From assembly GCA_016840855.1 (NCBI GenBank), contig JAEORO010000198.1, forward strand, positions 1 through 44,497: a stretch of 44,497 nucleotides of DNA. The letters run 5' to 3'. Each line of letters opens with the position of its first letter. Within the stretch, counting starts at the first letter, position 1. The notes under the pieces are model-generated. The model saw only the letters and a list, made by a program, of their open reading frames with translations. It did no database searches and was not told where the DNA came from. Shown here one piece after another: positions 18,154 to 27,594 of this stretch. The stretch comes from Candidatus Thorarchaeota archaeon. Its GTDB lineage: Archaea; Asgardarchaeota; Thorarchaeia; Thorarchaeales; Thorarchaeaceae. The position numbers and the translations under genes are program-made.

Positions 18154-18699
18154 CTAGAGATTCTTTTGGTAATCATCCATACATCGTTTTATGGTCTGAT
18201 ACGCATCATTTAGCTCTCGGAATTTCTTAATCTCTGTATGACCCCCTTCCTGAATCTTGTACGTTGCGTAGAAGTGACGAAGTTCGTCCATCCTGCTTCG
18301 CGGAAGGTCAATGATGCTCTTCACATCTCGATAGTACGGTTCGTTCATTGGGACAGCTATTATTTTGTCGTCTATTTTACCCGCATCATCCATCTCCATA
18401 ATTCCGATTGGTCGTGCATGAACAACACACGAAGTGAATGTAGGCTCACTAATGAGAAGAATAGCATCTAATGCATCACCATCATAGTCCAGTGTTTGTG
18501 GGATGAATCCATAATCGAATGGCGCAAAAGTATAGAGGACTCTATCCAGTCTGAAGAGATTCAGTTTTGCATCATACTCGTATTTGTTCTTACTTGCTCT
18601 TGTCAGCTCGACAATGACATAGATTTCACTAGGCGGATCAGGACCTGGGGGGATGTCATGAAGGTAGTTTGTCATTCTATCATCTCTTTTCTTTGTCAT
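18154..18699 (-). CDS. ppa: Family I inorganic pyrophosphatase
   Basis: KNKYEYD, LDRVLY, YGFIPQTL, DGDALD, DDKIIAVP, HFYATYK. Alternative start at MTNY (18675). Confidence 0.95.
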   Translation of the reverse strand: MTKKRDDRMTNYLHDIPPGPDPPSEIYVIVELTRASKNKYEYDAKLNLFRLDRVLYTFAPFDYGFIPQTLDYDGDALDAILLISEPTFTSCVVHARPIGIMEMDDAGKIDDKIIAVPMNEPYYRDVKSIIDLPRSRMDELRHFYATYKIQEGGHTEIKKFRELNDAYQTIKRCMDDYQKNL

Positions 18700-18792
18700 A
18701 CCTTTTTCTTATTGAGGTTTGTCACTCAAGACAACAAGTCTTTATGAGGGCTCACAACTAGGAATACGTGCACGCTTTCGGAGGGAATCACA

Positions 18793-19335
18793 CTGACTAC
18801 TGATGAAGAGCTTCTTGATATAGGTTCAATGTTCAGAGGAACCGCCACAATAACCCTTGTAGCCGAGATAGTTTCTGCTATAATGCTCCTTGGCTCAGCA
18901 ACTGCATATGTGCTCAGGGATTACATATCAATCATTGAACTTGACATTGCAATCCTCCTACTGCTAGTCGGAGCTATGCTTACGCTTTTTATCTTCCTTG
19001 CTGCGATTGGTTTCTTTGTTCGATTCAACCGTCGGATTGGACGAATAGTAATCGCAGAAGGGGTCGGCGAGGTCGATCTAAATAGGCCCGGTGTAAAGAC
19101 TGTTGTCATTATCTACGGACTTGCTGTAGGATTTATTCTAATATTGGGAATTTATGGTTATTACCTTATTTGGGTATACTTCCTTTCAGCACAAGCTGCA
19201 ACATCTCTCAGCTTCTTTGGCATGTCAATTTCAGTTGGTATCTTCTTCATTGCTTTACTAGTTCAGATTGTTATCACTGTGATCGGACGAACCGCTACAA
19301 CAATTATTCGCAAAGTACTCGCAGAAGACATATGA
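18793..19335 (+). CDS. 4-TM membrane protein
   Basis: Four hydrophobic helices. GGAGGG SD followed by an in-frame CTG at 18793 suggests a start upstream of the track ATG (18829). Confidence 0.75.
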   Translation: MTTDEELLDIGSMFRGTATITLVAEIVSAIMLLGSATAYVLRDYISIIELDIAILLLLVGAMLTLFIFLAAIGFFVRFNRRIGRIVIAEGVGEVDLNRPGVKTVVIIYGLAVGFILILGIYGYYLIWVYFLSAQAATSLSFFGMSISVGIFFIALLVQIVITVIGRTATTIIRKVLAEDI

Positions 19336-19403
19336 TAATGCTCCACCTATAGGGGAGAAGTTTAATTATATGACTGGTACGCCTCATAAAAGGTGCTGGC
19401 AAA

Positions 19404-20573
19404 ATGAAACTGCATCTCTGGCAATGGTCATACATAATTGGTTTGGCAATTGTAGCTCCTCTCTTATTGATTGAATTTCTAGGACTACATCTGATTCCTG
19501 AAAATATCGCGCCTCTTCTGGAATTGATAGGAGGTATAATGCTCATTGCAGGAGCATGTGAAGCATTCGTTCTTTCAGTAGAAGGTATCGCACATAATAT
19601 GCATCTTACAGATTATGTTTCTGGCATTTATGCAAGCATCGCCAGTACAATTCCAGAGCTCTGTGTACTCCTCTTTCTCATCTTGGGGGGTCAGTATGAG
19701 ATGGCTTGGATTCTTGCTCTTGCAACGATATTCATGAACTCACTCGTATTTGCATTATACACTCTTATACTTCCAAAAGATGAACACGGGAATTACAAGC
19801 TACCGGATGCAATAATGTGGGTTGGGTCCGACTTGCTTGCCATGGGCGCAGTTATTTCGTTGTCAGTTGGTCTCTCTATGATGTTGGTACATCTATTCCC
19901 AATCACACCAACAGGGGGTGAGATTAGACAATACCTTGATGCAGGCGAGTTGCTGCTCTTTGGCTTCTGCTTGGTAATTGTATTCATTGCTTATCTCTAT
20001 CGAATTACCAAGTACTATGGTCGGTGTGATCCAACTTCACAAGATCCCTATATTTCATGTGAAGTAGAATACAAGATTATGCCCAAACAAACAGTCATCA
20101 TTTTTGTTGTCACGGCATCTATTGGTGCTTTGCTTGGTGGAGAAGCCCTTTCATCTTTCGCGCACTATGCAATTAATGAGATTGGCTTGCCAATAATACA
20201 TGCAGCATTGTTGTTGGTTATTTTTGGTGGTACACCTGAATACATCATCGTAGCCAGTAGTCACAGAAAGAATGAGCTTGAGGTTGCTCTTTCCAACGCA
20301 TTTGGAGGGATTGTTCAGGTCTTTTTTGTCATCTTTGGATTTACTATGATTTTCTCAGGACTCATTAGCTTTATCGACCCACTTTACATTGGGGTTGATA
20401 TACTACCTATAGATGTCTACTCAGTGGTCTTGTTGTTGTTTGCATTTCCAACTATGTTCATCTTACGTATCATGATTACAGATGACTCGAAGATAAATGC
20501 GTTAGAGTCTGTAGCAATGATTGCAGTGTTTGTTATGATGTTATACTTGCTTCTAGTTTATGGTGGTATTTGA
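19404..20573 (+). CDS. Ca2+/cation antiporter (CaCA family)
   Basis: About 11 TM segments; alpha-1 repeat ASIASTIPE and alpha-2 repeat FGGTPE...ALSNAFGG. Confidence 0.88.
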   Translation: MKLHLWQWSYIIGLAIVAPLLLIEFLGLHLIPENIAPLLELIGGIMLIAGACEAFVLSVEGIAHNMHLTDYVSGIYASIASTIPELCVLLFLILGGQYEMAWILALATIFMNSLVFALYTLILPKDEHGNYKLPDAIMWVGSDLLAMGAVISLSVGLSMMLVHLFPITPTGGEIRQYLDAGELLLFGFCLVIVFIAYLYRITKYYGRCDPTSQDPYISCEVEYKIMPKQTVIIFVVTASIGALLGGEALSSFAHYAINEIGLPIIHAALLLVIFGGTPEYIIVASSHRKNELEVALSNAFGGIVQVFFVIFGFTMIFSGLISFIDPLYIGVDILPIDVYSVVLLLFAFPTMFILRIMITDDSKINALESVAMIAVFVMMLYLLLVYGGI

Positions 20574-20599
20574 TTAACTTTGCAAACACTGAGGTTGCT

Positions 20600-20836
20600 C
20601 TAGTAGTGACGGTACTCTCCCAGAATCTGGACCTTGATAATGCATTCAATGCAGACGAATTCGTCAGCATCTTCGGTTTTACTATGCTTTAAGCCAACAA
20701 CATCTTTTCCAACAAATGCAATTTGTCCCTCTGCGACAATCATCATTCCTGGTCCATAGAATCTCATTCGTTCTCCCGACTTTGCAGCATCGAGCAAGAC
20801 ACTCCGCAGGGTTGCTTCCTTCTCGAAGTCTGACAT
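20600..20836 (-). CDS. Small protein, possible Sm/Hfq-like beta fold
   Basis: 78 aa; helix followed by GERMRFY..EGQIAFVGKDVVGL...FVCIECIIKV strand pattern. Confidence 0.6.
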   Translation of the reverse strand: MSDFEKEATLRSVLLDAAKSGERMRFYGPGMMIVAEGQIAFVGKDVVGLKHSKTEDADEFVCIECIIKVQILGEYRHY

Positions 20837-20974
20837 GTTCTATAATATTAGCTTCTTGTAACTTAAGCATTAGCAAATGATTCTCTAATCGTTGTATTTC
20901 TCAAGAAACAGCTATGTCACAACTCTCTTAACCTATCCCTACAAAATCTAAGAAAATCTATTGGAGTTAATTAG

Positions 20975-21253
20975 ATGAAATATATCATGTTTTGGGAATA
21001 CGATCCTGCTGACCACAACGTGGTCATGGATAAATTAAAAGAGTTCAGAAGCTTAGTGAAGAAGAATCCTGATCAGCATGCAAAATTCATTTCAAAGAAC
21101 TACACGATGGTTGATGGTCCTGAAGGCTTTCAACTAGTAGAAACCGAGAATCCTGAGCACCTTGTTAAGATCACTCGTCACTATCTTCCGGAAGTCAGTT
21201 TCAGATTTGCGCCTATTGTCGAACTTGAGAAAGTTGATCAGAAGGTCAAGTAA
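20975..21253 (+). CDS. DUF3303-like small alpha/beta protein
   Basis: MKYIMFWE...GFQLVET.NPE.L...Y.PEV.FRFAPI pattern; GGAG RBS. Confidence 0.7.
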   Translation: MKYIMFWEYDPADHNVVMDKLKEFRSLVKKNPDQHAKFISKNYTMVDGPEGFQLVETENPEHLVKITRHYLPEVSFRFAPIVELEKVDQKVK

Positions 21254-21349
21254 TTAACTATTCAAATTCGAAACTTAGTGCTCATTTAGTTACTCGGAAT
21301 ACTTTTATCGCAGAACATCCAGCTCCAATTTCTTGGAGATGGGTTGTTA

Positions 21350-23239
21350 ATGGGCAGAACAATATCTATTCGAAATGTCGAAGTGAGTTATAAAACATTA
21401 ATGAGATTCCTTCCTGCGATAGCGATTTTTGCATATTGGTGCATTGTCAACATCAATCCTGAATGGGTTTATGATTATGTAATGCTAAACACCTTATGCA
21501 TTGCACTGTTTGTATTATCCGTTTCTTATGCATTGGAAGATGGTTACAAATTATTTGGCATACTTTGCTTTGTGATTGGCATTGGACTATACTATGGAAC
21601 ACTCATTATTATTTTGGAAACCCCTACGATAGTTCTAGTACTGCGACCATCCCTTCAAATCGCATTAGCAGTTTTGAATACTACTGGGTCTGCATTTGCT
21701 TTTCTTGGGGCTGCATCTTTTGGTCTTTGGTTAGCTAGTACTCCCCTTGATACTAAACAAACAGACGTTAAGTATGGTGCTCTATTCTTTACTGCCATTG
21801 TAATATTTGTCTGGATTTTCGGAATGAACATGGACTTTCCTATCCCTGGTATTGAGCTACTTTACTCAACAATATTGGTTATTTTGTCAAGTTTATTTGT
21901 GCCTCGTAGGCAATTCATCTCTGCTTTTTATTATGTTCTAGGTTTAGCTCTGGCCTTTTGGGGGCTCCTTGTTATTCAAGAGGTTAGCACATTTTTCCTG
22001 GGTTATTACTTGCGGATTATTGGAACAATCTGTTTCATCTTATTTGCACTCCCTCTTGGCTCGAGTCCAATCTATTCTCAAGATCATCCGGAGAATCCAC
22101 TATACATCATCACTACTCTCTGGATTCTGGTAGAGATTTCTCTAATCCAGCGTTTGTTCATCTTTAGTCCTGCGAGAGTATTTGCCATCTATGCTATGAT
22201 TTACTTCTCCATGAAAATTTTAAAAACCAAACATCCGGTACTTACTGGTATAGGCATCTTAATCGGTTTCGTACTTGCTGTTGGTGGGGTTGTAATATAC
22301 CTCCTTGGTATTTTCATTAACCTTGTAGTAGTATGTGGAGGACTAACGCTTGCAGTCATTGGACATTCTTTGCTTCTCTTCTGTTCATTTTCATTTGGCG
22401 AATCACTAAGAATTCGTTTCAGAGAAAGAACGAGAATAATTTCAGGAATAGGTTTACTTCTTGTTTTTGCAGGACTAATTTCTGGGATGGTAGGTCTGTT
22501 CTCTATCCCCTTGGGCGTGATTGTTATAGATCTGGGACCAATTTCCTTTCTATATCTTGATGTTCTCTTCTTTGTATTAGTAAGCCTTGGATCTATGCTC
22601 ATTGTCCTGAAACCAAGAAATGCTTGGTCCATCATAGGTGCCTTTGGATTCGCAAATGCCCCAATAGTCTTGTTCAGCGATTTCTTTGAAACTGTACAGC
22701 TGTTCTATTATCCTCTATTGGCTCTAATGATTTACTTCACTGTTCAACGACTACGTGTAGATACAGTGAAGATGGACGGCGTTCCACGAAAGAAGAAAGT
22801 TATACCTATGGAAATAACTCCTGAAACCCTAATTAAATCCGGCTTAGAGAAGGAACCAGTCATAAGACCAAAGGAATCTATCGAAACCATAGAACCTGTT
22901 CAATCAACTGACTTTGAGCCTGATATACCAATAGTGAAGCCGCCTCCTGTTGAAGAGGTATCGCTACCAGAACCATCTGAACCTGTTGAGGTAGCTGAAG
23001 TAGCTGAACGAGTGGTTACTGACAAATCGATACAAACAGAACAACAAGTGATTCCAGTGATAGAAGGCGAAATTCTATCAGACGAGAATCGAATGGCTCG
23101 TAACTGGTATAATCGAGCATTTGGATTCCTAGAAGTTGGCGACCTCAAAGCTGCCATTAATGCAGTTGAAACAGCCCTGAAATGGCAACCCGACCTTCCA
23201 CAAGCGCTAGCTTTGAAAAAAGAACTTTCTGAAAAATAA
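21350..23239 (+). CDS. Polytopic membrane protein with acidic Pro-rich linker and C-terminal TPR
   Basis: About 14-15 TM segments, then an E/P/V-rich linker and WYNRAFGFLEVGDLKAAINAVETALKWQP (TPR). Confidence 0.8.
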   Translation: MGRTISIRNVEVSYKTLMRFLPAIAIFAYWCIVNINPEWVYDYVMLNTLCIALFVLSVSYALEDGYKLFGILCFVIGIGLYYGTLIIILETPTIVLVLRPSLQIALAVLNTTGSAFAFLGAASFGLWLASTPLDTKQTDVKYGALFFTAIVIFVWIFGMNMDFPIPGIELLYSTILVILSSLFVPRRQFISAFYYVLGLALAFWGLLVIQEVSTFFLGYYLRIIGTICFILFALPLGSSPIYSQDHPENPLYIITTLWILVEISLIQRLFIFSPARVFAIYAMIYFSMKILKTKHPVLTGIGILIGFVLAVGGVVIYLLGIFINLVVVCGGLTLAVIGHSLLLFCSFSFGESLRIRFRERTRIISGIGLLLVFAGLISGMVGLFSIPLGVIVIDLGPISFLYLDVLFFVLVSLGSMLIVLKPRNAWSIIGAFGFANAPIVLFSDFFETVQLFYYPLLALMIYFTVQRLRVDTVKMDGVPRKKKVIPMEITPETLIKSGLEKEPVIRPKESIETIEPVQSTDFEPDIPIVKPPPVEEVSLPEPSEPVEVAEVAERVVTDKSIQTEQQVIPVIEGEILSDENRMARNWYNRAFGFLEVGDLKAAINAVETALKWQPDLPQALALKKELSEK

Positions 23240-23246
23240 TATTACA

Positions 23247-23278
23247 AGATGTGGAGCTCAAGATTGAGCTCCATATCT
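23247..23278. terminator. 15-bp inverted repeat between convergent genes (probable bidirectional terminator or stabilising hairpin)
   Basis: AGATGTGGAGCTCAA-GA-TTGAGCTCCATATCT with one G:T mismatch, filling the gap between stops at 23239 and 23284. Confidence 0.7.
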
Positions 23279-23283
23279 CAATA

Positions 23284-24471
23284 CTAAATGATACCTACCT
23301 TTTTCCCTACCTTCTCGTATGCTGCCAATGCAATGTCTAGCTGCTCCTTGGTCAGACCCGAGTTCATCATGTTTCGAATTCTTGCCTTGTCACGCGCAAC
23401 CATCGGGAATACGATTGGTAGAGCAAGGATTCCTTCGTTGTAGAGACCATCGCTCAGTGCGACTGCCTTTGAGCTCTCACCAGTCATTGCTGGAATAATT
23501 GGTGTCTGGCTGTTACCAGTATCAAAACCCATCTGCTGGAGTCCCTTCACGAAGTACTCTCTATTATCCCAGAGGGTCTTAACATGCTCCTCCTCAGTTT
23601 CAAGAACATCGATAGCAGCAATGCATGCAGCTGCTGTAGCAGGTGGGTGCGAAGCACTAAGGAGCCAAGAACGACTCTTGTTCAAAGCATAATTTACCAT
23701 GTCGCGACTTCCAGAAACATGCCCACCCATTACGCCAAACGCCTTTGAGAAAGTACCCATCTCGAAATGCACATCTTTGTGAGTTAGGTTGAAGTGCGAA
23801 ACGATACCGCGGCCACCCTTGCCCAAGACTGCCTCCCCATGTGCATCGTCAACATAGATCATCGCGCCGTGTGGTTTTGCGGCCTTGACAATTCCGTCGA
23901 GAGGTGCGATGTCTCCATCCATGCTGAAAACTCCGTCAGTGATGACTAGCATCTTGACAGGATTCTCTTTCTCAGCCTCTGCAAGTACTCTCACTAAGTC
24001 TGCGACATCATTGTGCTTGTATACAAAACGAGTTGCTTTTGTTAAACGAACACCGTCGATGATGCTACCATGATTCAACTCATCTGAGATGATGGCGTCT
24101 CCTTTATCCACAAGTTGTGGAATAAGTCCTTCATTGGTTGTGAAACCTGCACTGTATGTGAGTGAGGCTTCAGCACCTTTGAACTTTGCAAGTCTATGTT
24201 CTAACTCTAGGTGCAGGTCCATGGTTCCTGCGATTGCTCGAACCGAGCCAGAACCAACTCCGTGGGTCTTGATAGCCTGAAGAGCTGCTTCCTTCATCTT
24301 AGGATGGTTGCTCAAGTTGAGGTAATTGTTACTGCAGAGCATGATTACCTCTTTGCCATCAATCTTTGCACGAGGAGTTGAAGGCCCCTGCAACTCCCTG
24401 ATTTTCCAGTCAAAATTCTGTTCCACGAGTTTGTTATACTCGTCTCTCATCCAAGCAATGGGATCTCTCAT
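23284..24471 (-). CDS. kbl: Glycine C-acetyltransferase (2-amino-3-ketobutyrate CoA ligase), class II PLP aminotransferase family
   Basis: CSNNYL, GSGSVR.IAGT, SDELNHGSIIDG, TDGVFSMDGD, DDAHG, GTFSKAFG, ARIR. ATG at 24471 follows a GGTGA RBS. Confidence 0.85.
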   Translation of the reverse strand: MRDPIAWMRDEYNKLVEQNFDWKIRELQGPSTPRAKIDGKEVIMLCSNNYLNLSNHPKMKEAALQAIKTHGVGSGSVRAIAGTMDLHLELEHRLAKFKGAEASLTYSAGFTTNEGLIPQLVDKGDAIISDELNHGSIIDGVRLTKATRFVYKHNDVADLVRVLAEAEKENPVKMLVITDGVFSMDGDIAPLDGIVKAAKPHGAMIYVDDAHGEAVLGKGGRGIVSHFNLTHKDVHFEMGTFSKAFGVMGGHVSGSRDMVNYALNKSRSWLLSASHPPATAAACIAAIDVLETEEEHVKTLWDNREYFVKGLQQMGFDTGNSQTPIIPAMTGESSKAVALSDGLYNEGILALPIVFPMVARDKARIRNMMNSGLTKEQLDIALAAYEKVGKKVGII

Positions 24472-24596
24472 AGTTTTCACCGTGAATATGAACGGTATAG
24501 CGCCACTCAATTGGGGGACGTACACTCAACCGCGCCGCGAATTTTCGAGTATATATGAGCTTCGCTTCGTACTTATTTTCAGGTCAAAATCCGCTA

Positions 24597-25829
24597 TCAG
24601 ATTTTGAGAACGGTTCGGGGCATTAGCCGTGCTACAATTTCACACATTTGGAGATCCAAAGTACGCCTCACAACCTCTCTCCCTCTATAGGTAAATTCAA
24701 GTTCACGCGGACTGGAAAAGATCTTTCTTGATTCATGACCTGTTGCAAGGTCAGTAATGTAATAGCGCGTTCCATTACTTGACTCAATAACCTGCTCGAT
24801 GCCAAGAATCGATTGAAATTTATATCCTCCACCATGAGGCAAAATATTGGCGTTCAATAATCTATGTTTGACATTATGTTTCTCTGCACGTTTTGTAAAT
24901 CCTAAGTGCTCTATAATCTCTTCATTGAAGTTTGGAAGACCTCGAACTAGATATGCTGGAAGATCAGCTCTAAGAGCTATTGGCAAAAGGCTGCTCTTGT
25001 CTTTACCCTGAATATCTTGACAACCGAGAAGATGTTCATTCATGTTCAGAAGTCCTTGGTGAATCGGATTGCATATCTCTGTAAACTCACCGAAAATTGC
25101 TTCAGCAGCCCTCAATCGTTTTTTCTTACTTAACTCACAAGCAAAGTCATTCAATCTTAGATACTCTGATGCATTGTCTTCCATGACAACCCATGTTTTT
25201 CCAAAAGGTGTATCAAACTCTTCAGCCATATTTCCTAGAATTGTACTCTTATGGCGATATAATCCAAAACCAAAACGTGTAGAATTATCTCCTTTCAGCT
25301 CAGGTACTGAACCATGGATTATGAATACATAGTTGAACTTCGAATCTGCAGTATTATCGACTGGTTTGTATCGAAACAGGTCAATGAAATGATTGCTTAC
25401 TGAGAAATCCCATTCAATCGAAACATTGTCAATTATTTCCTTTTCCGCGAGAACAGCACTAATGGATTCAATAAGAGCGTCCATGTCAGGTAATTCTTGT
25501 AAACCACCTACAAGCATTCCACATGCATTGGGCATCGAATCCAGAAACACTATCTTCTGTTTTCCATCTCCCCATGATAGTTTTCCCCCGTATCCAAGCC
25601 CACTTTGCCATCTTCTAAGATTGCGGGTCACAGTCGCGTCTGGCGCACTGATAAATGTGGCATTAGGTTCAAGACCAATTTGATACTGCACCCAGTGAAT
25701 TTTGCTTAATCCATACTTCATATTTGCTATGCATAATGCATTCGCAGAGTCGTGCAAACCACTTGAGAAGATATGCTTCTCTGCTCTCTTTAGCATCTGA
25801 CTTCTTGTCAAATCTTTGAAGTCCGTCAC
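24597..25829 (-). CDS. Divergent RtcB-like (RNA ligase fold) protein
   Basis: Motifs APDA, PNACGM, SNHFID, IIHGS, IHQG, PHGGG and C-terminal P..VLK occur in the same order as RtcB PD, DxxCG, GNHF, HxGS, HN, HGAG and the terminal K. Confidence 0.7.
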   Translation of the reverse strand: MTDFKDLTRSQMLKRAEKHIFSSGLHDSANALCIANMKYGLSKIHWVQYQIGLEPNATFISAPDATVTRNLRRWQSGLGYGGKLSWGDGKQKIVFLDSMPNACGMLVGGLQELPDMDALIESISAVLAEKEIIDNVSIEWDFSVSNHFIDLFRYKPVDNTADSKFNYVFIIHGSVPELKGDNSTRFGFGLYRHKSTILGNMAEEFDTPFGKTWVVMEDNASEYLRLNDFACELSKKKRLRAAEAIFGEFTEICNPIHQGLLNMNEHLLGCQDIQGKDKSSLLPIALRADLPAYLVRGLPNFNEEIIEHLGFTKRAEKHNVKHRLLNANILPHGGGYKFQSILGIEQVIESSNGTRYYITDLATGHESRKIFSSPRELEFTYRGREVVRRTLDLQMCEIVARLMPRTVLKI

Positions 25830-25869
25830 GATTTTCCTCTCCTTCAGAGTTTAATTAGATACTAGTATG

Positions 25870-26544
25870 CTATGTCTTCGATGAAGCCTGCACTAATCCT
25901 TCCTCATCGAATAAGTGTCTTATCGATGCCATTCGTGATTGTAATCTATCTTCAATAATTAGTAGAAATTCTAGGAGTTCGTGATGCAAATTATCTCCCA
26001 TTTTTCTACTATAATCAAAGTTTAATTTGGCATAGTCAAATTTTCGTTTTTCCATGTACTTGGTCAAGATGTTCTCTAAACTTCCGGTTTTCCCAACAAA
26101 TCCCCTCAAAAGTCCCATCAATCCAAGACGATCTAGTGTGTCTGCATCGTAGACAATTTTCTCCTCTGCAGTTTCTGGTGGTATCTTTGAAGTTGGAGTA
26201 TGTCTGATTACCACTCGAGCTACTGTATCACGAATCTTGGGTTTGACTTGTAATCCATCAAGATACTCCTCAGCTAGTGTGCCCCCAAGAAGTCCATGTA
26301 TGTGGTCGAATGCACGATTAGTCTTTCCAATGTCGTGTAATAACGCTCCAGCAAAGCAAATGAAGGGGTCCACTTTTTCTTCTATGTTCTTGGCAATCTC
26401 AATTGTGTAGCGACAGACTGTAAAGACATGAGAATAATCATGGCTGTCGCTAACTGCATGCGCATCCCTGACGAACTCCTGCATCTGAAGTAGCATCTTG
26501 AGCTCTTTTTCAGTTAATAACCGTGAGAAGACCATTTTACTCAA
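25870..26544 (-). CDS. HD-domain metal-dependent phosphohydrolase
   Basis: HDYSH...ALLHDIGK...H...H...VYDADTLD. Confidence 0.92.
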   Translation of the reverse strand: MSKMVFSRLLTEKELKMLLQMQEFVRDAHAVSDSHDYSHVFTVCRYTIEIAKNIEEKVDPFICFAGALLHDIGKTNRAFDHIHGLLGGTLAEEYLDGLQVKPKIRDTVARVVIRHTPTSKIPPETAEEKIVYDADTLDRLGLMGLLRGFVGKTGSLENILTKYMEKRKFDYAKLNFDYSRKMGDNLHHELLEFLLIIEDRLQSRMASIRHLFDEEGLVQASSKT

Positions 26545-26631
26545 AACATTACTGATAATAAATGAGTTAAAGGCATCGCATGCAAATTGAGTGTGGCTAA
26601 GATAATTTATTTTGCTAATCGTTTGAGTCTA

Positions 26632-27486
26632 CTAGTCGTGTTTGATGAACGTACCTTCACGGTACTCACGGAATGCCAAATCTAATTCTTCCCTGTTGTT
26701 CATGACAATTGGTCCATACCACGCAATTGGCTCTCCAATAGGCATTCCTGAAATCAATAGGAATCGGAGTTGCTTGTCTTCTGATTGAGCAACTACTTCC
26801 TCTCCATCCTCAAAAAGCACCAAATGTTCTGATTTGATGAGCCTTTCTTTGTATTCATCAAAATATCCATCGCCCTCGAATACATATGCAAAGACTGTAT
26901 GTCCTTTCTTCACCAAGTGACTGAATTCTTTACCAGGTGGGACAATGACATCCATATATTCTGGATCTGTAACAATCTCACTTACTGGTCCGCAGGTGCC
27001 ATCTAGTCTTCCACAGATGATTCTGACCCTAGCACCTCCTTCTTTAACGACCTCCGGTATCTCTGATGATTTGATGTCTTGATACCTTGGGTGCATCATC
27101 TTGCTCGAACTTGGAAGATTGGCCCATAGCTGGAAACCCATCATAATCCCATTCGAACGATTTGGCATCTCTTGGTGGATGATTCCACTTCCAGCTGACA
27201 TCCATTGCACATCGCCTGATCCGATTGTGCCGCTATTTCCGAGGCTATCTTCGTGTTTTACCTGACCGTCAATCATGTAGGTTATTGTTTCAATTCCTCG
27301 GTGTGGGTGCCATGGAAAGCCCTTCATATAGTCATCTGGATTTTCTGAACCAAAATGGTCCAATAGTAAGAACGGATCCATGAGCTCTGTTTCATAGTAC
27401 CCAAAGACACGCTTTAAGCGGACGCCTGCTCCTTCTATTGTTGGCTTTGCTTTCAAGATTGTCTTGATTTTACGAACCTGTGGCAC
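26632..27486 (-). CDS. Pirin family protein
   Basis: DPFLLLDHF, GFPWHPHRGIETITY, HEDSLGN, AGSGIIHQE, QLWANLP, YGPIVMN. Confidence 0.96.
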   Translation of the reverse strand: MPQVRKIKTILKAKPTIEGAGVRLKRVFGYYETELMDPFLLLDHFGSENPDDYMKGFPWHPHRGIETITYMIDGQVKHEDSLGNSGTIGSGDVQWMSAGSGIIHQEMPNRSNGIMMGFQLWANLPSSSKMMHPRYQDIKSSEIPEVVKEGGARVRIICGRLDGTCGPVSEIVTDPEYMDVIVPPGKEFSHLVKKGHTVFAYVFEGDGYFDEYKERLIKSEHLVLFEDGEEVVAQSEDKQLRFLLISGMPIGEPIAWYGPIVMNNREELDLAFREYREGTFIKHD

Positions 27487-27594
27487 AGTCTTTTCTCCTT
27501 CGTTTCGTCAACTAGAATGATAGATAGTTCACTATATTGAATTTAAGCATTGTATCAGAGGCAAATGTTGAACAGAAGCACTCCTCCAATATCG

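Noticed and set aside
23284-24471. bioF or serine palmitoyltransferase assignment
   Set aside because: GSVR.IAGT and KARIR fit Kbl-type enzymes better and no biotin genes are nearby, though family members can be bifunctional.
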